Source of the DNA: Trueperaceae bacterium
Lineage (GTDB): Bacteria > Deinococcota > Deinococci > Deinococcales > Trueperaceae
Assembly (NCBI GenBank): GCA_965213925.1
Contig: OZ243927.1
Span: 96,001 to 160,000 of the forward strand
Direction: 5' to 3'
DNA length: 64,000 nt
Position 1 is the stretch's first letter, and every line of letters begins with the position of its first letter. Both the position numbers and the translations under genes were made by a program. Shown piece by piece: positions 1 to 9,820 of the stretch. The notes beneath the pieces are model-generated. The model was not told where the DNA came from, did not search any database, and worked only from the letters and a program-made list of their open reading frames with translations.

Positions 1-1736
1 AGTCCAAAGTTCCTGGTATCGCCCTAGATTCCTCCGATTCGGGCGCGACGGTCTTCATGGAACCCCAAAGCGTCGTGCCGATGAACAACGAGTTGGCGCT
101 TTTAGAGTTCGAAGAGCGCGACGAGGTGCGGCGGATTCTGCTCTCCTTGGGTCAGCGCCTAGCGTATGAGCCCGGCTTAGAGGAGAGCCTGGAGATTTTA
201 GGCGAACTCGACCTCGTCGCGGCGAGCGCGCGGCTGGCGAAAGATTGGCGTCTGGCGCAGCCTTCGTTCAGCGAGGACGGCGCGATCAGTTTAGAAGATG
301 CGCGCCATCCGCTCATCGAAAACTGCGTGCCGAATTCCATCGCTTTGGACGCCGAACGCCGTTTACTCATCGTCACCGGACCGAACGCAGGCGGCAAGAC
401 GGTGCTCCTCAAGACATTAGGGCTCGCCGCTGTCATGGCGCATAGCGGGCTCTTCGTCGCCGCAAAAAATACGGTGAAACCGAGCCTACCCCCTTTCGAG
501 GCGCTTTTAACCGACATCGGCGACGAGCAGAGCATCGAAGCGAGCTTGTCCACGTACGCGGGGCACCTCAAAAACTTGAAAGCGATTGTGGAGCGTGCTG
601 ACGACGGTATTCTCGTGCTGATCGACGAACTCGGTTCAGGTACGGACCCCGACGAGGGCGCGGCGCTGTCGCAAGCGGTGCTGGAAAAGGTCTTAGCGAG
701 CGGCGCGCGCGGGCTCATCAACACGCACCTCGCGCCCCTCAAAGTCTTCGCGTCGGAGACCAAAGGCGTGCAGAACGCCGCCATGAGCTTCGACGTGGAC
801 GCGCTCCGCCCCAAGTTCGAACTCGTCATCGGACAGCCGGGGCGCTCTTACGCGCTCTCCATCGCCGAGCGGTTGGGCTTGCCGAACGAGATTTTAGGGC
901 GCGCAAGCGAGATTTTAGGACCGGAGGGGGCGGCGCTGGAGTCCCTATTGCAAACGTTAGAGAATCAGCGGGAGAGGCTCGAGCTAGACCAGTTAGAACT
1001 CCAAGAGGTCCGCGAAAGAGCCGTGCGTGAAGCGGAGGTGCTGCGCTCGCACATCGACAATTTACGCGCCAAAGAGGACCGGGTCTTAGCCGCCGCCGCC
1101 GAACGCGCCGACGAAATGTTGCAAAATACGCTGCAGCAGGCCAAAGAACTCAAGCGCACCGCTACGACGGACAAAGAGGCGCGTTCACAAGCGTTGGATG
1201 AGCTGCAAAAACTCCGCCGCAACGCGCAGAAAACGGTTCAGAAGAGCCCGCAGCCTGGGACGCGCACTCAGTCTAAGCCGCAACCCAAACGCCCTAGCTT
1301 AGAACCCGGCGCAGTCGTCCACGTCGAGGAATATGGCGCGAAGGGTCCCATCGCCGAAGTGCGCGGCGACGAGGTGGTGGTGCAACTCGGGCTTCTCAAG
1401 GTGACGGTGCCCAAGCGCGGCGTCAAACTCGCGGAGCAGCCTAAGCCGAAAGTCAAAGGGGCGTCCGGCGCGTTCGCCGCTCCCGCCCGCTTCGAAGAGG
1501 AACTCAACATTCGCGGGGAGCGGGTGGAGCCGGGGTTGGAGAAGGTGCGCGACTTCGTCCTAGAGGCGCACTCGCTCAAGGTGCCCTCGGTGCGGATTTT
1601 GCACGGCAAAGGGACGGGCACGCTCCGCGACGCGGTCCGCAGTTACCTCAAGGATGAGAAGAAGGTCGAGCGTTACGAGGACGCCGTGCCATACGAGGGT
1701 GGTCACGGGGTGACGGTAGCGTATTTGCGGCGGTGA
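1..1736 (+). CDS. mutS2: MutS2 family endonuclease/ATPase with C-terminal Smr domain (5' end outside window)
   Basis: Walker A TGPNAGGKT, DIGDEQSIEASLSTY, IDELGSGTDP, coiled coil, Smr motif ILHGKGTGTLR; frame open from window start (SKVPGIALDSSDSGATVFMEP). Confidence 0.95.
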   Translation, partial: SKVPGIALDSSDSGATVFMEPQSVVPMNNELALLEFEERDEVRRILLSLGQRLAYEPGLEESLEILGELDLVAASARLAKDWRLAQPSFSEDGAISLEDARHPLIENCVPNSIALDAERRLLIVTGPNAGGKTVLLKTLGLAAVMAHSGLFVAAKNTVKPSLPPFEALLTDIGDEQSIEASLSTYAGHLKNLKAIVERADDGILVLIDELGSGTDPDEGAALSQAVLEKVLASGARGLINTHLAPLKVFASETKGVQNAAMSFDVDALRPKFELVIGQPGRSYALSIAERLGLPNEILGRASEILGPEGAALESLLQTLENQRERLELDQLELQEVRERAVREAEVLRSHIDNLRAKEDRVLAAAAERADEMLQNTLQQAKELKRTATTDKEARSQALDELQKLRRNAQKTVQKSPQPGTRTQSKPQPKRPSLEPGAVVHVEEYGAKGPIAEVRGDEVVVQLGLLKVTVPKRGVKLAEQPKPKVKGASGAFAAPARFEEELNIRGERVEPGLEKVRDFVLEAHSLKVPSVRILHGKGTGTLRDAVRSYLKDEKKVERYEDAVPYEGGHGVTVAYLRR

Positions 1737-1746
1737 GGTGGAGAGT

Positions 1747-1769
1747 TAGCAAGGGGTTGTAACCCCTTG
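1747..1769. repeat. REP-like palindrome TAGCAAGGGGTT-GT-AACCCCTTG
   Basis: 9-bp inverted repeat just after the mutS2 stop; related copy TAGCAAAGGGTTGCAACCCTT at 43354-43374. Confidence 0.5.
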
Positions 1770-1915
1770 TTCTCAGTAGGCTGTCAACAGGGATAGAGAT
1801 TGAGCAACGAGGGGTGGGTAATCCCTACGGGGCTTTAGGTAGCGACTGAGATAATCGATAAACGTGACTTTAGGGGAAGCTCGAGCCAACCCCTCATTCG
1901 CGCTATGATGAACAC

Positions 1916-2530
1916 GTGACGACCAAAGCGACCTCTCGCCGTACCCAAATCCTCAGCGCCGCCCGCAGTATCCTCGCCGAAAAGGGCTTTGAAGCCACCA
2001 CCGTCTCTGAGATCGTAGCGAGCGCGGGCGTCGCGCAAGGCACCTTTTACCTCTACTTCCCCTCGAAAGTTTCGCTCGTCGAAGCCCTCTGCGAAGAGAT
2101 GTTCGCGCAGATTTTGGAGGCGGTTCACGCTGCGATCACCTCGGCGGAGAGTTTCGCGGCGGGGTTGGGGGCGGGCGTCCAGGCTGTTTTCGAGGAGAGT
2201 CAGAACTACCAGGACGTGCTCGAAATCATCAACGCGCGGCTCGGCTTTTTGAGCACACCGAGCGAGTTAGCGAAGCTAGACGAGCCCTATTACCAACTCG
2301 TCAAAGCGTTTATTGAGCAAGGGCAAACCTCCGGTGAGGTCCGCGTAGACGCCGACCCCGACCTCTCGGCGCGGCTTGTAGTCGGCATGATCGAACGCGC
2401 CACCGAAGACTGCTTTCTCTACCGGCCGGAGTTACCAAGTGAACCTTACATCAAAGAGGTAACGCGCTTTATTCTGCGGGCGCTGGAGCCGCCAAGAAGT
2501 GAGGAGCAAGAAGTGAGGAGCAAGAAGTAA
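1916..2530 (+). CDS. TetR/AcrR family transcriptional regulator
   Basis: N-terminal HTH GFEATTVSEIVASAGVAQGTFYLYFPSK; leaderless TATGAT-N6-GTG start. Confidence 0.93.
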   Translation: MTTKATSRRTQILSAARSILAEKGFEATTVSEIVASAGVAQGTFYLYFPSKVSLVEALCEEMFAQILEAVHAAITSAESFAAGLGAGVQAVFEESQNYQDVLEIINARLGFLSTPSELAKLDEPYYQLVKAFIEQGQTSGEVRVDADPDLSARLVVGMIERATEDCFLYRPELPSEPYIKEVTRFILRALEPPRSEEQEVRSKK

Positions 2531-2534
2531 GGAG
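2493..2534 (+). repeat. 14-bp tandem repeat (CAAGAAGTGAGGAG)x3 across the tetR stop
   Basis: Two perfect copies and one copy with a single mismatch. Confidence 0.8.
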
Positions 2535-2632
2535 GCTCAACCGAAACGCACGGGCGCTCTACAGGTGCTTTCCCGAATCAGCGTTTGTACGTTCTCAAGC
2601 TCACATTACTGACCTCGGCAGCCCAACCATAC

Positions 2633-2689
2633 TTGACAAAAAGTGTACGAACGTCTATCTTATCCTTATACATGACTGACAGTCAGTCA
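2633..2689 (+). promoter_or_regulatory. Sigma70-type promoter and palindromic (probable TetR) operator upstream of P450
   Basis: TTGACA(2633)-17bp-TATCTT(2656); perfect palindrome TGACTGAC-A-GTCAGTCA at 2673-2689. Confidence 0.75.
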
Positions 2690-2714
2690 GTTCTTCTACT
2701 ACAACAAAGGAGAG

Positions 2715-4121
2715 ATGATGACGACGCGCCAACATCCGCCCGTCCCTAGAGGAACCCCTTTCGTCGGCTTCCTCAACGAGTACCGTAAGGATACGCTCGG
2801 CTTTTTGGAGAGCATGGTGCAAGCGCACGGCGACGTGGTGCACCTGCGCGTCTTGGACTACGACTTCTACCTCGTAGCGCACCCCAAGCTCATCGAAGAG
2901 GTCTTGGTCACGAAGTCAACATCGTTCATCAAGAGCAAGGACTACCGTAGCGAGTTGGGGTTTCTGGGCAACGGGCTCATCAATAGCGAGGGCAGCTTCT
3001 GGCTGCGGCAGCGGCGGCTCGCGCAGCCCGCCTTTCACCGCAAGCGCATTTCGTCGTACGGCGAGACGATGGTGGACTACGCCGAGCGGCTCCTGAGCGC
3101 TTGGCAGGTGTCCGCGGAGCGCGGCGCGGTGCGCGACGTGAACGAGGACATGGTGAAGCTCACGCTGGAAATCGTCGCCAAAACCCTCTTTCACGTGGAC
3201 ATCGCGGACGGCGCGCACGAGATAAGTGACGCGCTCGACGTTTTTATGCACAACACCCGCACCGACAAACCGCTCTGGCAGATGCTCATCCCCAAAGGCG
3301 TCCCGACGCCCGCCAACATGCGCTTTAAGCGGGCGAACGAGGAGATGGATAGGCTCGTCTACGACCTTATTGGAGAGCGGCGGCGCGAGTACGAGGCGGG
3401 CGGGCCGGAGGGCAGTGGCGACAAGGGCGACTTGATGTCGATGCTGCTGGAAACCGAGGACGCGGACACGGGCGAAAGGATGACCGACAAGCAGCTCCGC
3501 GACGAACTCCTGACCATCCTCATGGCGGGTCACGAAACGACGGCGAACGCGCTCTCTTGGACGTGGGTTTTGTTAGCGCAACATAGTCAAGTAGAGGCGA
3601 AGCTGCACGCGGAGCTTGACGAAGTCTTAGGTGGACGCGCGCCGACCCTTCAAGACTTGCCGCGCCTGCGCTACACCGAACAGGTCATCAAAGAGTCCAT
3701 GCGCGTCTATCCGCCTGTATGGGGCGTCGGGCGTGAGGCGACAGAGAACTGCGACATCGGCGGCTACGCGGTACCTAAAGGAATGCAACTCTCCCTCCCG
3801 CAGTGGCTCGTTCACCGCGACGAACGCTTCTTCGAGGACGCCAAGACGTTTAGGCCCGAACGCTGGGTAGAGAGCTTCGAGAAAAGCTTGCCCAAATACG
3901 CCTATTTTCCGTTCGGCGGCGGACCTAGGCTCTGCATCGGCAACAACTTCGCCATGATGGAAGCCGTTTTGCTGCTCGCTACCTTGGCGCAGGGGTACAG
4001 CCTCCAACTGACCCACCCCGAAGAGGTCATCCCCCAACCCGCCATCACGCTGAGACCTAAAAACGGCGTCAAGGTGAGGCTCAAAGCGAGGGTTCCTGCA
4101 AAAGTAGAGGTGCCCGCGTGA
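2715..4121 (+). CDS. Cytochrome P450
   Basis: I-helix AGHETT, ExxR (ESMR), PERW, heme motif FPFGGGPRLCIG; AAGGAG RBS. Confidence 0.97.
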   Translation: MMTTRQHPPVPRGTPFVGFLNEYRKDTLGFLESMVQAHGDVVHLRVLDYDFYLVAHPKLIEEVLVTKSTSFIKSKDYRSELGFLGNGLINSEGSFWLRQRRLAQPAFHRKRISSYGETMVDYAERLLSAWQVSAERGAVRDVNEDMVKLTLEIVAKTLFHVDIADGAHEISDALDVFMHNTRTDKPLWQMLIPKGVPTPANMRFKRANEEMDRLVYDLIGERRREYEAGGPEGSGDKGDLMSMLLETEDADTGERMTDKQLRDELLTILMAGHETTANALSWTWVLLAQHSQVEAKLHAELDEVLGGRAPTLQDLPRLRYTEQVIKESMRVYPPVWGVGREATENCDIGGYAVPKGMQLSLPQWLVHRDERFFEDAKTFRPERWVESFEKSLPKYAYFPFGGGPRLCIGNNFAMMEAVLLLATLAQGYSLQLTHPEEVIPQPAITLRPKNGVKVRLKARVPAKVEVPA

Positions 4122-4443
4122 ACCCCTGGCTTATCCTCACGCTCGCTATCGTAGGCGAACTCGTCGGCACCACGGCGCTCAAGCTCTCGGCGGGCTTTAC
4201 CCGCTTTTTGCCGAGCTTGTTTGTTGTCGCGGGATACGGCGCGGCTATCTGGCTGTTGTCACAGAGTATTCAGCGTATCCCGATAGGCGTCTCTTACGCA
4301 GTTTGGTCGGGCGCAGGCGTGGCAGCGGCGGCGCTTATCGGCGTCTTCTTCTTCCGCGAATCTTTGGGTTGGTTTCAAGGGGTATCTATTGGGCTCATTA
4401 TCGTAGGCGTGGTGGGGTCAACCTCTCGAGCCAACCTCACTAA
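4118..4443 (+). pseudogene. SMR/DMT small multidrug efflux protein (YvaE/EmrE-like), apparent 1-bp deletion near 4417
   Basis: AIVGELVGTTALK, YAVWSG SMR motifs; adding one base after GGG(4415-4417) restores ...GVVGLNLSSQPH* ending at TAA 4441-4443. As written it reads through in-frame into the next gene. Confidence 0.75.
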
Positions 4444-4444
4444 A

Positions 4445-4870
4445 ATGCTTCTCACTGAAGTCAACCTCGTCCGCTCACTCAAGCCCTTCTTCTTGGTTGT
4501 TGACTTAGGCTTCATCCTCTACTGGACGGTGACGCTGCTACACCTCATTCCCGAAGCGTATCTTTTCAAGGACTATGACGATCCCATCTTAGCGGCGTGG
4601 AACTGGTCGTTTTTACCCTTGGATTTGCTGATTTCTGCGACAGGACTAACGAGCTTAGCTCTTCTGAGGAGGGAGAACCGCATGTGGCGGAGCCTCGCGC
4701 TCATCTCGCTCGTCCTGACCTCTTGCTCCGGTTTGCAAGCCCTCGCCTTTTGGACACTCCGCGCGGACTTTGACCTTGTATGGTGGCTGCCAAACGCTTT
4801 TCTACTACTCTACCCGCTCTTCTTCATCCCTGCGCTGCTCAGACCGACCCCTCCAGCCACTTCTCCTTGA
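4445..4870 (+). CDS. YvaD-like (DUF5360) membrane protein
   Basis: DLGFILYW, AWNWSFLPLD, SGLQALAFW, WWLPN motifs; four hydrophobic segments. Confidence 0.75.
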   Translation: MLLTEVNLVRSLKPFFLVVDLGFILYWTVTLLHLIPEAYLFKDYDDPILAAWNWSFLPLDLLISATGLTSLALLRRENRMWRSLALISLVLTSCSGLQALAFWTLRADFDLVWWLPNAFLLLYPLFFIPALLRPTPPATSP

Positions 4871-6185
4871 GCACCCTAAAGTCGTCCCAGCGCATCAGCA
4901 AGGAGGGCGCGGGCACACCCAAAAAGAGCGGAAACGACGCCAGCGCGAACGCGAGGCGCAGCACCGCGCTCATCAGGAGTGCGACGCCCGCGCCGCTGAG
5001 CCCAAGGAGCGGCACGAGAAGAAGCAAAAGCGGCACGCTCGCGGCGACGCCGACACTCTGTAGCAAGGTGGCGACGCCCGGTCTATCGGTCGCCATCAGC
5101 GCTTGAATCAGCACGACGATGACGCCGTTGATGACCGTCTCGGCGATGAGGAGGCGCATTAGGGTTGCGCCTTCGCTGAATTCGGCGCTGTAGAGCAGCG
5201 TGAGGGCGAAGGGTCCCAACGCACCTAGCGTCAACGCTGCCACACACGTTACGGCGGTGCTCACGCGCACCGCTCGCCCTGTCATCTCCATGACCGTCCC
5301 CAAGGGTTGCCCCGACGCCCTCGGAAAGAGCACCGTGACGACCGCAAACTGAAAGACGTTGAGCATCCGCGCCAGGCTAAGCGACACGACGAAGAGCCCC
5401 ATGTTGCTGGGTGTGAGCATCCCGACCACCAAAGCGCGTCCGAGATTTTCGGACAGCGCCGCCGTGAGTTCGTTGCCGTAAGAGCGCAGCCCGTAGGAGA
5501 AGAGCTGCGCGAAGGGGCGGCGCAGTGAGCGCCAACTCGGGAAGCGCGCGGGGCGGTAGGCGCGCCAGAGGAAGCTCGAGAGAAACGCCGTAATGGGCAG
5601 CGTGGGCGCGATGTACGCGAGCACGGCTAAAGCGGGTGTTAAGGTGCCGAGCAGCGCTAAGGTAACGAGCAACATCAGCGCTGCGACCGGTCGGATGATT
5701 CTCACCTTGTTAAAGAGCCTGAATTCATCCCTAGCCAGAAGTGCGGCGACGCACAACTCTTCGGTCAAGATAATCGGGGTGAAGAGCATAAAGACCTGTG
5801 CGAGCCGGACGATGTCGACGTCATATTCTGTAAGCCAATAAGGGAGAAAGCTAATCCCTGCGAGCGTCGCCAAAAGACCCGCGGCAGGCGCGGCTAAAAA
5901 ACCCGCGCTGACGAGCGAGCGAGCCGCACCGGGGTCGCGCCGCAGATGAAACACGAACGCCGAGGGCAGCCCAAGCGTAAACGCGCGCGCTAAAAATACG
6001 GGCCACAGCATGAGCGCCTCCTGCTCACCCCGACCTACTGGGCCCAACACCCTAGCGGTGATAACACCCGTCAACACGTTGATGAACAAAACGGCCAGAT
6101 TGACGCCGAACGTCTGCACGGAGACCGAAAACCCACTTGAATCAGCGCGGCTTAAGCGACCTACAAACCTCTTCAAGCTGGTCAT
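4839..6185 (-). CDS. Polysaccharide flippase (Wzx/MOP superfamily)
   Basis: About 12 TM segments, TGVITARVLGPVGRG N-terminal motif; start uncertain (6185 or 6257). Confidence 0.8.
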   Translation of the reverse strand: MTSLKRFVGRLSRADSSGFSVSVQTFGVNLAVLFINVLTGVITARVLGPVGRGEQEALMLWPVFLARAFTLGLPSAFVFHLRRDPGAARSLVSAGFLAAPAAGLLATLAGISFLPYWLTEYDVDIVRLAQVFMLFTPIILTEELCVAALLARDEFRLFNKVRIIRPVAALMLLVTLALLGTLTPALAVLAYIAPTLPITAFLSSFLWRAYRPARFPSWRSLRRPFAQLFSYGLRSYGNELTAALSENLGRALVVGMLTPSNMGLFVVSLSLARMLNVFQFAVVTVLFPRASGQPLGTVMEMTGRAVRVSTAVTCVAALTLGALGPFALTLLYSAEFSEGATLMRLLIAETVINGVIVVLIQALMATDRPGVATLLQSVGVAASVPLLLLLVPLLGLSGAGVALLMSAVLRLAFALASFPLFLGVPAPSLLMRWDDFRVLKEKWLEGSV

Positions 6186-6425
6186 GAATAGCCTGCTAGC
6201 GTGGCGCGCATAAAGCCCTCTTCTCAACCGGCTCGGTTGCCGTGGTGCTGAACTCATACCACAAAGCTGAGTTCACAGCATCTAAGCCGACGCTATTCAA
6301 GGGCGAACGGAGACGATGAGGTCGCAACCAAGCGCTCTACCCTTTGTGCGTAAGGATAACAAAATCATAGGGCAACCTATTTGCAGGGATAGTTGAAAGG
6401 GAACTGCGGCAGTTTTAGCGCGACG

Positions 6426-6788
6426 CTACAGCAGTTCTGGGCGCTCTGACCTCTTGAGACCCTTCACAACCAAGCTGTAAGAGAAGTCGATGAGCTCCAA
6501 CACTTTGTGCTCGGGTACGCTGCCGTTTAGCACGACCGTATTCCAATGACGCTTGTTCATGTGATAGCCAGGGGTAATGGCGTCGTACTTTTCGCGCAGC
6601 AGCTCGGCAAGCTCCGGCTCGCACTTTAAGTTGACGGACAAGGGGTCATCGTCCACCCTACTTTTCGCTGGGCAGAGGGCGAACATCTTACCCGCGACCT
6701 TGAAAACGAGCGTATCGGGACCGAAGGGGAAGTCTTCATATGCGCCCGGTTTGGAGAGACAAACGGCGCGCAAGTCTTTTAGGGTCAT
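6426..6788 (-). CDS. MmcQ/YjbR family DNA-binding protein
   Basis: FPFG, FKVAGKMFA, PGYHMNKRHWNTV motifs. Confidence 0.92.
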   Translation of the reverse strand: MTLKDLRAVCLSKPGAYEDFPFGPDTLVFKVAGKMFALCPAKSRVDDDPLSVNLKCEPELAELLREKYDAITPGYHMNKRHWNTVVLNGSVPEHKVLELIDFSYSLVVKGLKRSERPELL

Positions 6789-7165
6789 GGTTCGAGCGGG
6801 GTGTTTAGCTCGAGCAAGTTTCCCTCCGGGTCCCTAAGATGCGCCGTGCGAATCCCCCACGAGGGTCGGTCTTGAATCTCGGTGACAAAGGTTGCACCTC
6901 TCTCTTTCAAGCCTCGAACAGCGCTTTCTAAATCGTCAACGTGGAAGATGAGCACAGCGCTGTCCGAATGAGAGGTCAAAGGAGCGATAATACCAGTCAT
7001 GACTTCGTGGGCGCTAATGGCGATGAGCAACCCGTCTCCCGCTCGAAAGTCGGCGTAGCTGCCCGATTCTCCACCCCAGACGACCTCGAGCATCATCACG
7101 TCACGGTAAAAGTGGAAGCAAGCCTTATAGTTGTCAACAAGCAAGCGGGTGTGGGTGAGTTTCAC
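6785..7165 (-). CDS. VOC/glyoxalase family protein
   Basis: FYRDV, WGIRTAHLRDPEGNLLEL; overlaps next gene by 4 bp. Confidence 0.88.
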   Translation of the reverse strand: MKLTHTRLLVDNYKACFHFYRDVMMLEVVWGGESGSYADFRAGDGLLIAISAHEVMTGIIAPLTSHSDSAVLIFHVDDLESAVRGLKERGATFVTEIQDRPSWGIRTAHLRDPEGNLLELNTPLEP

Positions 7166-7250
7166 AGCGTGACCTCTTCTATTTTCATAATCATCAACCT
7201 AACGAACGCGAAAGACAACGTTGTGTCAGTAGCACGTAGAGGGTCAGTGT

Positions 7251-8435
7251 TCAACTCGAGATAATAAGGTCATCCAAACCTCTTGGGTATTCCGTCAAAA
7301 ATTCAGGCTCACCTTCTGTCACCAAAATCGTGTCCGAGTGGCGGAAGCCTCCTAAGTCCGGCACGTAGAGCCCAGGCTCGACGGTGAAGAGCATTCCGGG
7401 CTCCATCACGGTGTCGTCGCCGATGTCTAAAAACGGACCTTCGTGATAGCGGATGCCGATGTTATGCCCGGTGTGGTGCCGCCAGTTGTCCATGAGGTCG
7501 TGGCGCTTAAAGTAGGCACGCACCGCTTTATCTACGCTGCTGCACGGCTCCCCCGCGCGGCAGAGGTCAATGGCGAGGTCTTGTAAGGCGAGCATGTGCC
7601 CGAAGTAGCGCCGCTGCACCTCACTCGGCTCGCCGACGAACATGGTGCGCTCGAGTTCAGAGTAATACCCGAACATCGGACAACTCGCCCCGGTCACGAG
7701 CGTGTCCCCCTCCTTAAAGACCGCGTTAATATCTAAGCTGTGCGGCAGGGCGCTGTGCTCGCCGACTTGTCCTCGGTAGGTCGCAAAGGGACCGCTCCGT
7801 CCCCAAGCGAGGGCGCGGTATTCGCCTCCGTACTCGGCAAGAAGCTCACGGTTCGCTTCCGCGCTCGCCCTTTCCGAAACCTCGCTCTCGTTCGCGCCGA
7901 CTTCCGTGTAATCCTGCAGCAGCCGGTGCGCCCGCGCCGCCCACCGCGCCGACTCGCGAATGAGCGCGACCTCTCCTTCGCTTTTAACGTACATCGCCGT
8001 GTCTATATCAAAAGGCTCGACTTCAATGTCCAACAACTCGGTGAGTTTCGGTCCCCTATAGCCCATCACCTTGCCGTAGCCGTCTCCGTCTCCGAGGAGT
8101 CGCCCCTGTCCCATCTTCAATTCTCGCAAGAGGTCGCTCAGATAATTCATGGGATGCCGCGCGTCCGGGTACTCGGGGTACGCCTCGACGCGGTCCACGA
8201 GGGCGTAGGCTCGGGCGTGTTCAAGCTCGAGGCGCGGCGCGAGCAAGACCGCCTCTCCTGCGCGGGAGAGCACGAGGGCGATGGGGCGCTCGGTCGGCAC
8301 GAAGGAGAAGCCCGAGAGGTAGAAAATGGGGGCGCTCCCCCACCAGACGAAGCCCTTTGCATCCTCCTCGAGGTGACCCAGCAGCGTCTCTCTTCTCTGC
8401 GCGTACTCAGCGGCGTGAATTGGAGTAGCAGTCAT
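7251..8435 (-). CDS. M24 family (Xaa-Pro peptidase/creatinase-like) hydrolase
   Basis: VKSEGE, GYYSELERT, HHTGHNIG..HE, TVEPG, GFRHSD. Confidence 0.88.
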   Translation of the reverse strand: MTATPIHAAEYAQRRETLLGHLEEDAKGFVWWGSAPIFYLSGFSFVPTERPIALVLSRAGEAVLLAPRLELEHARAYALVDRVEAYPEYPDARHPMNYLSDLLRELKMGQGRLLGDGDGYGKVMGYRGPKLTELLDIEVEPFDIDTAMYVKSEGEVALIRESARWAARAHRLLQDYTEVGANESEVSERASAEANRELLAEYGGEYRALAWGRSGPFATYRGQVGEHSALPHSLDINAVFKEGDTLVTGASCPMFGYYSELERTMFVGEPSEVQRRYFGHMLALQDLAIDLCRAGEPCSSVDKAVRAYFKRHDLMDNWRHHTGHNIGIRYHEGPFLDIGDDTVMEPGMLFTVEPGLYVPDLGGFRHSDTILVTEGEPEFLTEYPRGLDDLIISS

Positions 8436-8588
8436 AGCTTTAGCTTACCCGGCGAAGTGTCTCGAGAGGGCGGTTTGTAGCGTGGGAAGCTCGAGGAGGC
8501 GTTGTGAGGTCTTTTTGCTCGAGCGGTGATGCTGCTTAACCCTTTGAATTTCACACAATCATCTTTTTTAGAGAGAGTGCGCGGCGTA

Positions 8589-8616
8589 GTAGGGGGGATT
8601 CATGAATCCCCCCTAC
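8589..8616. repeat. GTAG-type REP palindrome
   Basis: Perfect 28-bp palindrome GTAGGGGGGATTCATGAATCCCCCCTAC. Confidence 0.7.
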
Positions 8617-8688
8617 ATTTGCCTCCTTCTGTGATTTTTCCAGCGTGGTCTACCAATACCTACGAGACCGCAACCCGTACAATGACCC

Positions 8689-9696
8689 ATGCATTTTCGC
8701 CGCACCTACACCACCATCGACACGCACACCGCAGGCGAGCCGCTGCGCATCGTCACAGCGGGCATTCCGCGCATCCCCGGCGAGACGATTTTGGAAAAGC
8801 GGCGCTGGGTCAGCACCCACATAGACGACGTACGTAAAAGCCTCATGTGGGAGCCGCGCGGACACGCCGACATGTACGGGGCGTACCTCACGGAGCCCGT
8901 CACATCCGAGGCGGATTTCGGCGTCATCTTTATGCATAACGAAGGCTACAGCGATATGTGCGGGCACGGCGTCATCGCGCTAGCGACGGTGGCAGTAGCG
9001 CAGGGCTTGGTGGAGGTGACGACGCCAGAGACGCGAGTCGGGATGGATACGCCGGCGGGATTCATCGAGGCATTTGTAGCGTGGGATGGACACAAAGTTG
9101 GGACGGTCAGATTCAGAAACGTGCCGTCCTTTCTCTACGCTCGAGACCTCCGCGTGAACACGCCTAGCTTCGGCGAAGTCACAGTGGATATCGCCTTCGG
9201 CGGCGCGTTTTACGCCTATTTAGACGGAGCACAAGCGGGGCTAGAGGTTAGACCAGAGCGTTACAGCGAACTTATCCAACTAGGCGACGAGGTGAAAAAA
9301 GTGGTGATGGCAACCGCGGCGGTGCAGCACCCCCTCATCCCCGAACTGAACACGCTTTACGGCGCGATTATTGGCGGCGAGCCGCAGCATGAGGGCTCGA
9401 CGCAAGCCAACGTCTGCGTGTTCGCCGACCGAGAGGTGGACCGCTCGCCGACGGGCACGGGTACGGCGGGGCGGGCGGCGCAGCTTTACGCGAGAGGTAA
9501 GCTGAGTAAAGATGACGTGCTTGTAAACGAAAGCATTATCGGCACGGTGTTCGAGGGGCGGGTGCTTGAAGAGGTCACGGTGGGCGAATTCGCTGCCGTT
9601 ATTCCCGAGGTGAGCGGACGCGCCTTCATCACAGGATTTAATCAGTGGGTGGTGGACCCTGATGACCCAGTAGCGAAGGGGTTTTTTCTCCGGTAG
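8689..9696 (+). CDS. Proline racemase family, Cys/Thr type (probable trans-3-hydroxy-L-proline dehydratase)
   Basis: HTAGEPLR, EPRGHADM, MCGHG and DRSPTGTG (Thr in place of the second catalytic Cys). Confidence 0.88.
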   Translation: MHFRRTYTTIDTHTAGEPLRIVTAGIPRIPGETILEKRRWVSTHIDDVRKSLMWEPRGHADMYGAYLTEPVTSEADFGVIFMHNEGYSDMCGHGVIALATVAVAQGLVEVTTPETRVGMDTPAGFIEAFVAWDGHKVGTVRFRNVPSFLYARDLRVNTPSFGEVTVDIAFGGAFYAYLDGAQAGLEVRPERYSELIQLGDEVKKVVMATAAVQHPLIPELNTLYGAIIGGEPQHEGSTQANVCVFADREVDRSPTGTGTAGRAAQLYARGKLSKDDVLVNESIIGTVFEGRVLEEVTVGEFAAVIPEVSGRAFITGFNQWVVDPDDPVAKGFFLR

Positions 9697-9820
9697 ACTT
9701 GCGTCAAGCTGTTAGCGCTTAGCTGTTAGCAAAACCCGAAAGTCGGTGCCTACAGGCTAAAGGTCGAGCGCTGCAAAAAACAACACTACATCCTCTTCAC
9801 TGCCAACGATAGGAGACTCC

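Noticed and set aside
4118..4870. Novel 250-aa SMR-YvaD fusion protein
   Set aside because: Better explained by a single-base deletion hiding a normal SMR C-terminus and stop codon
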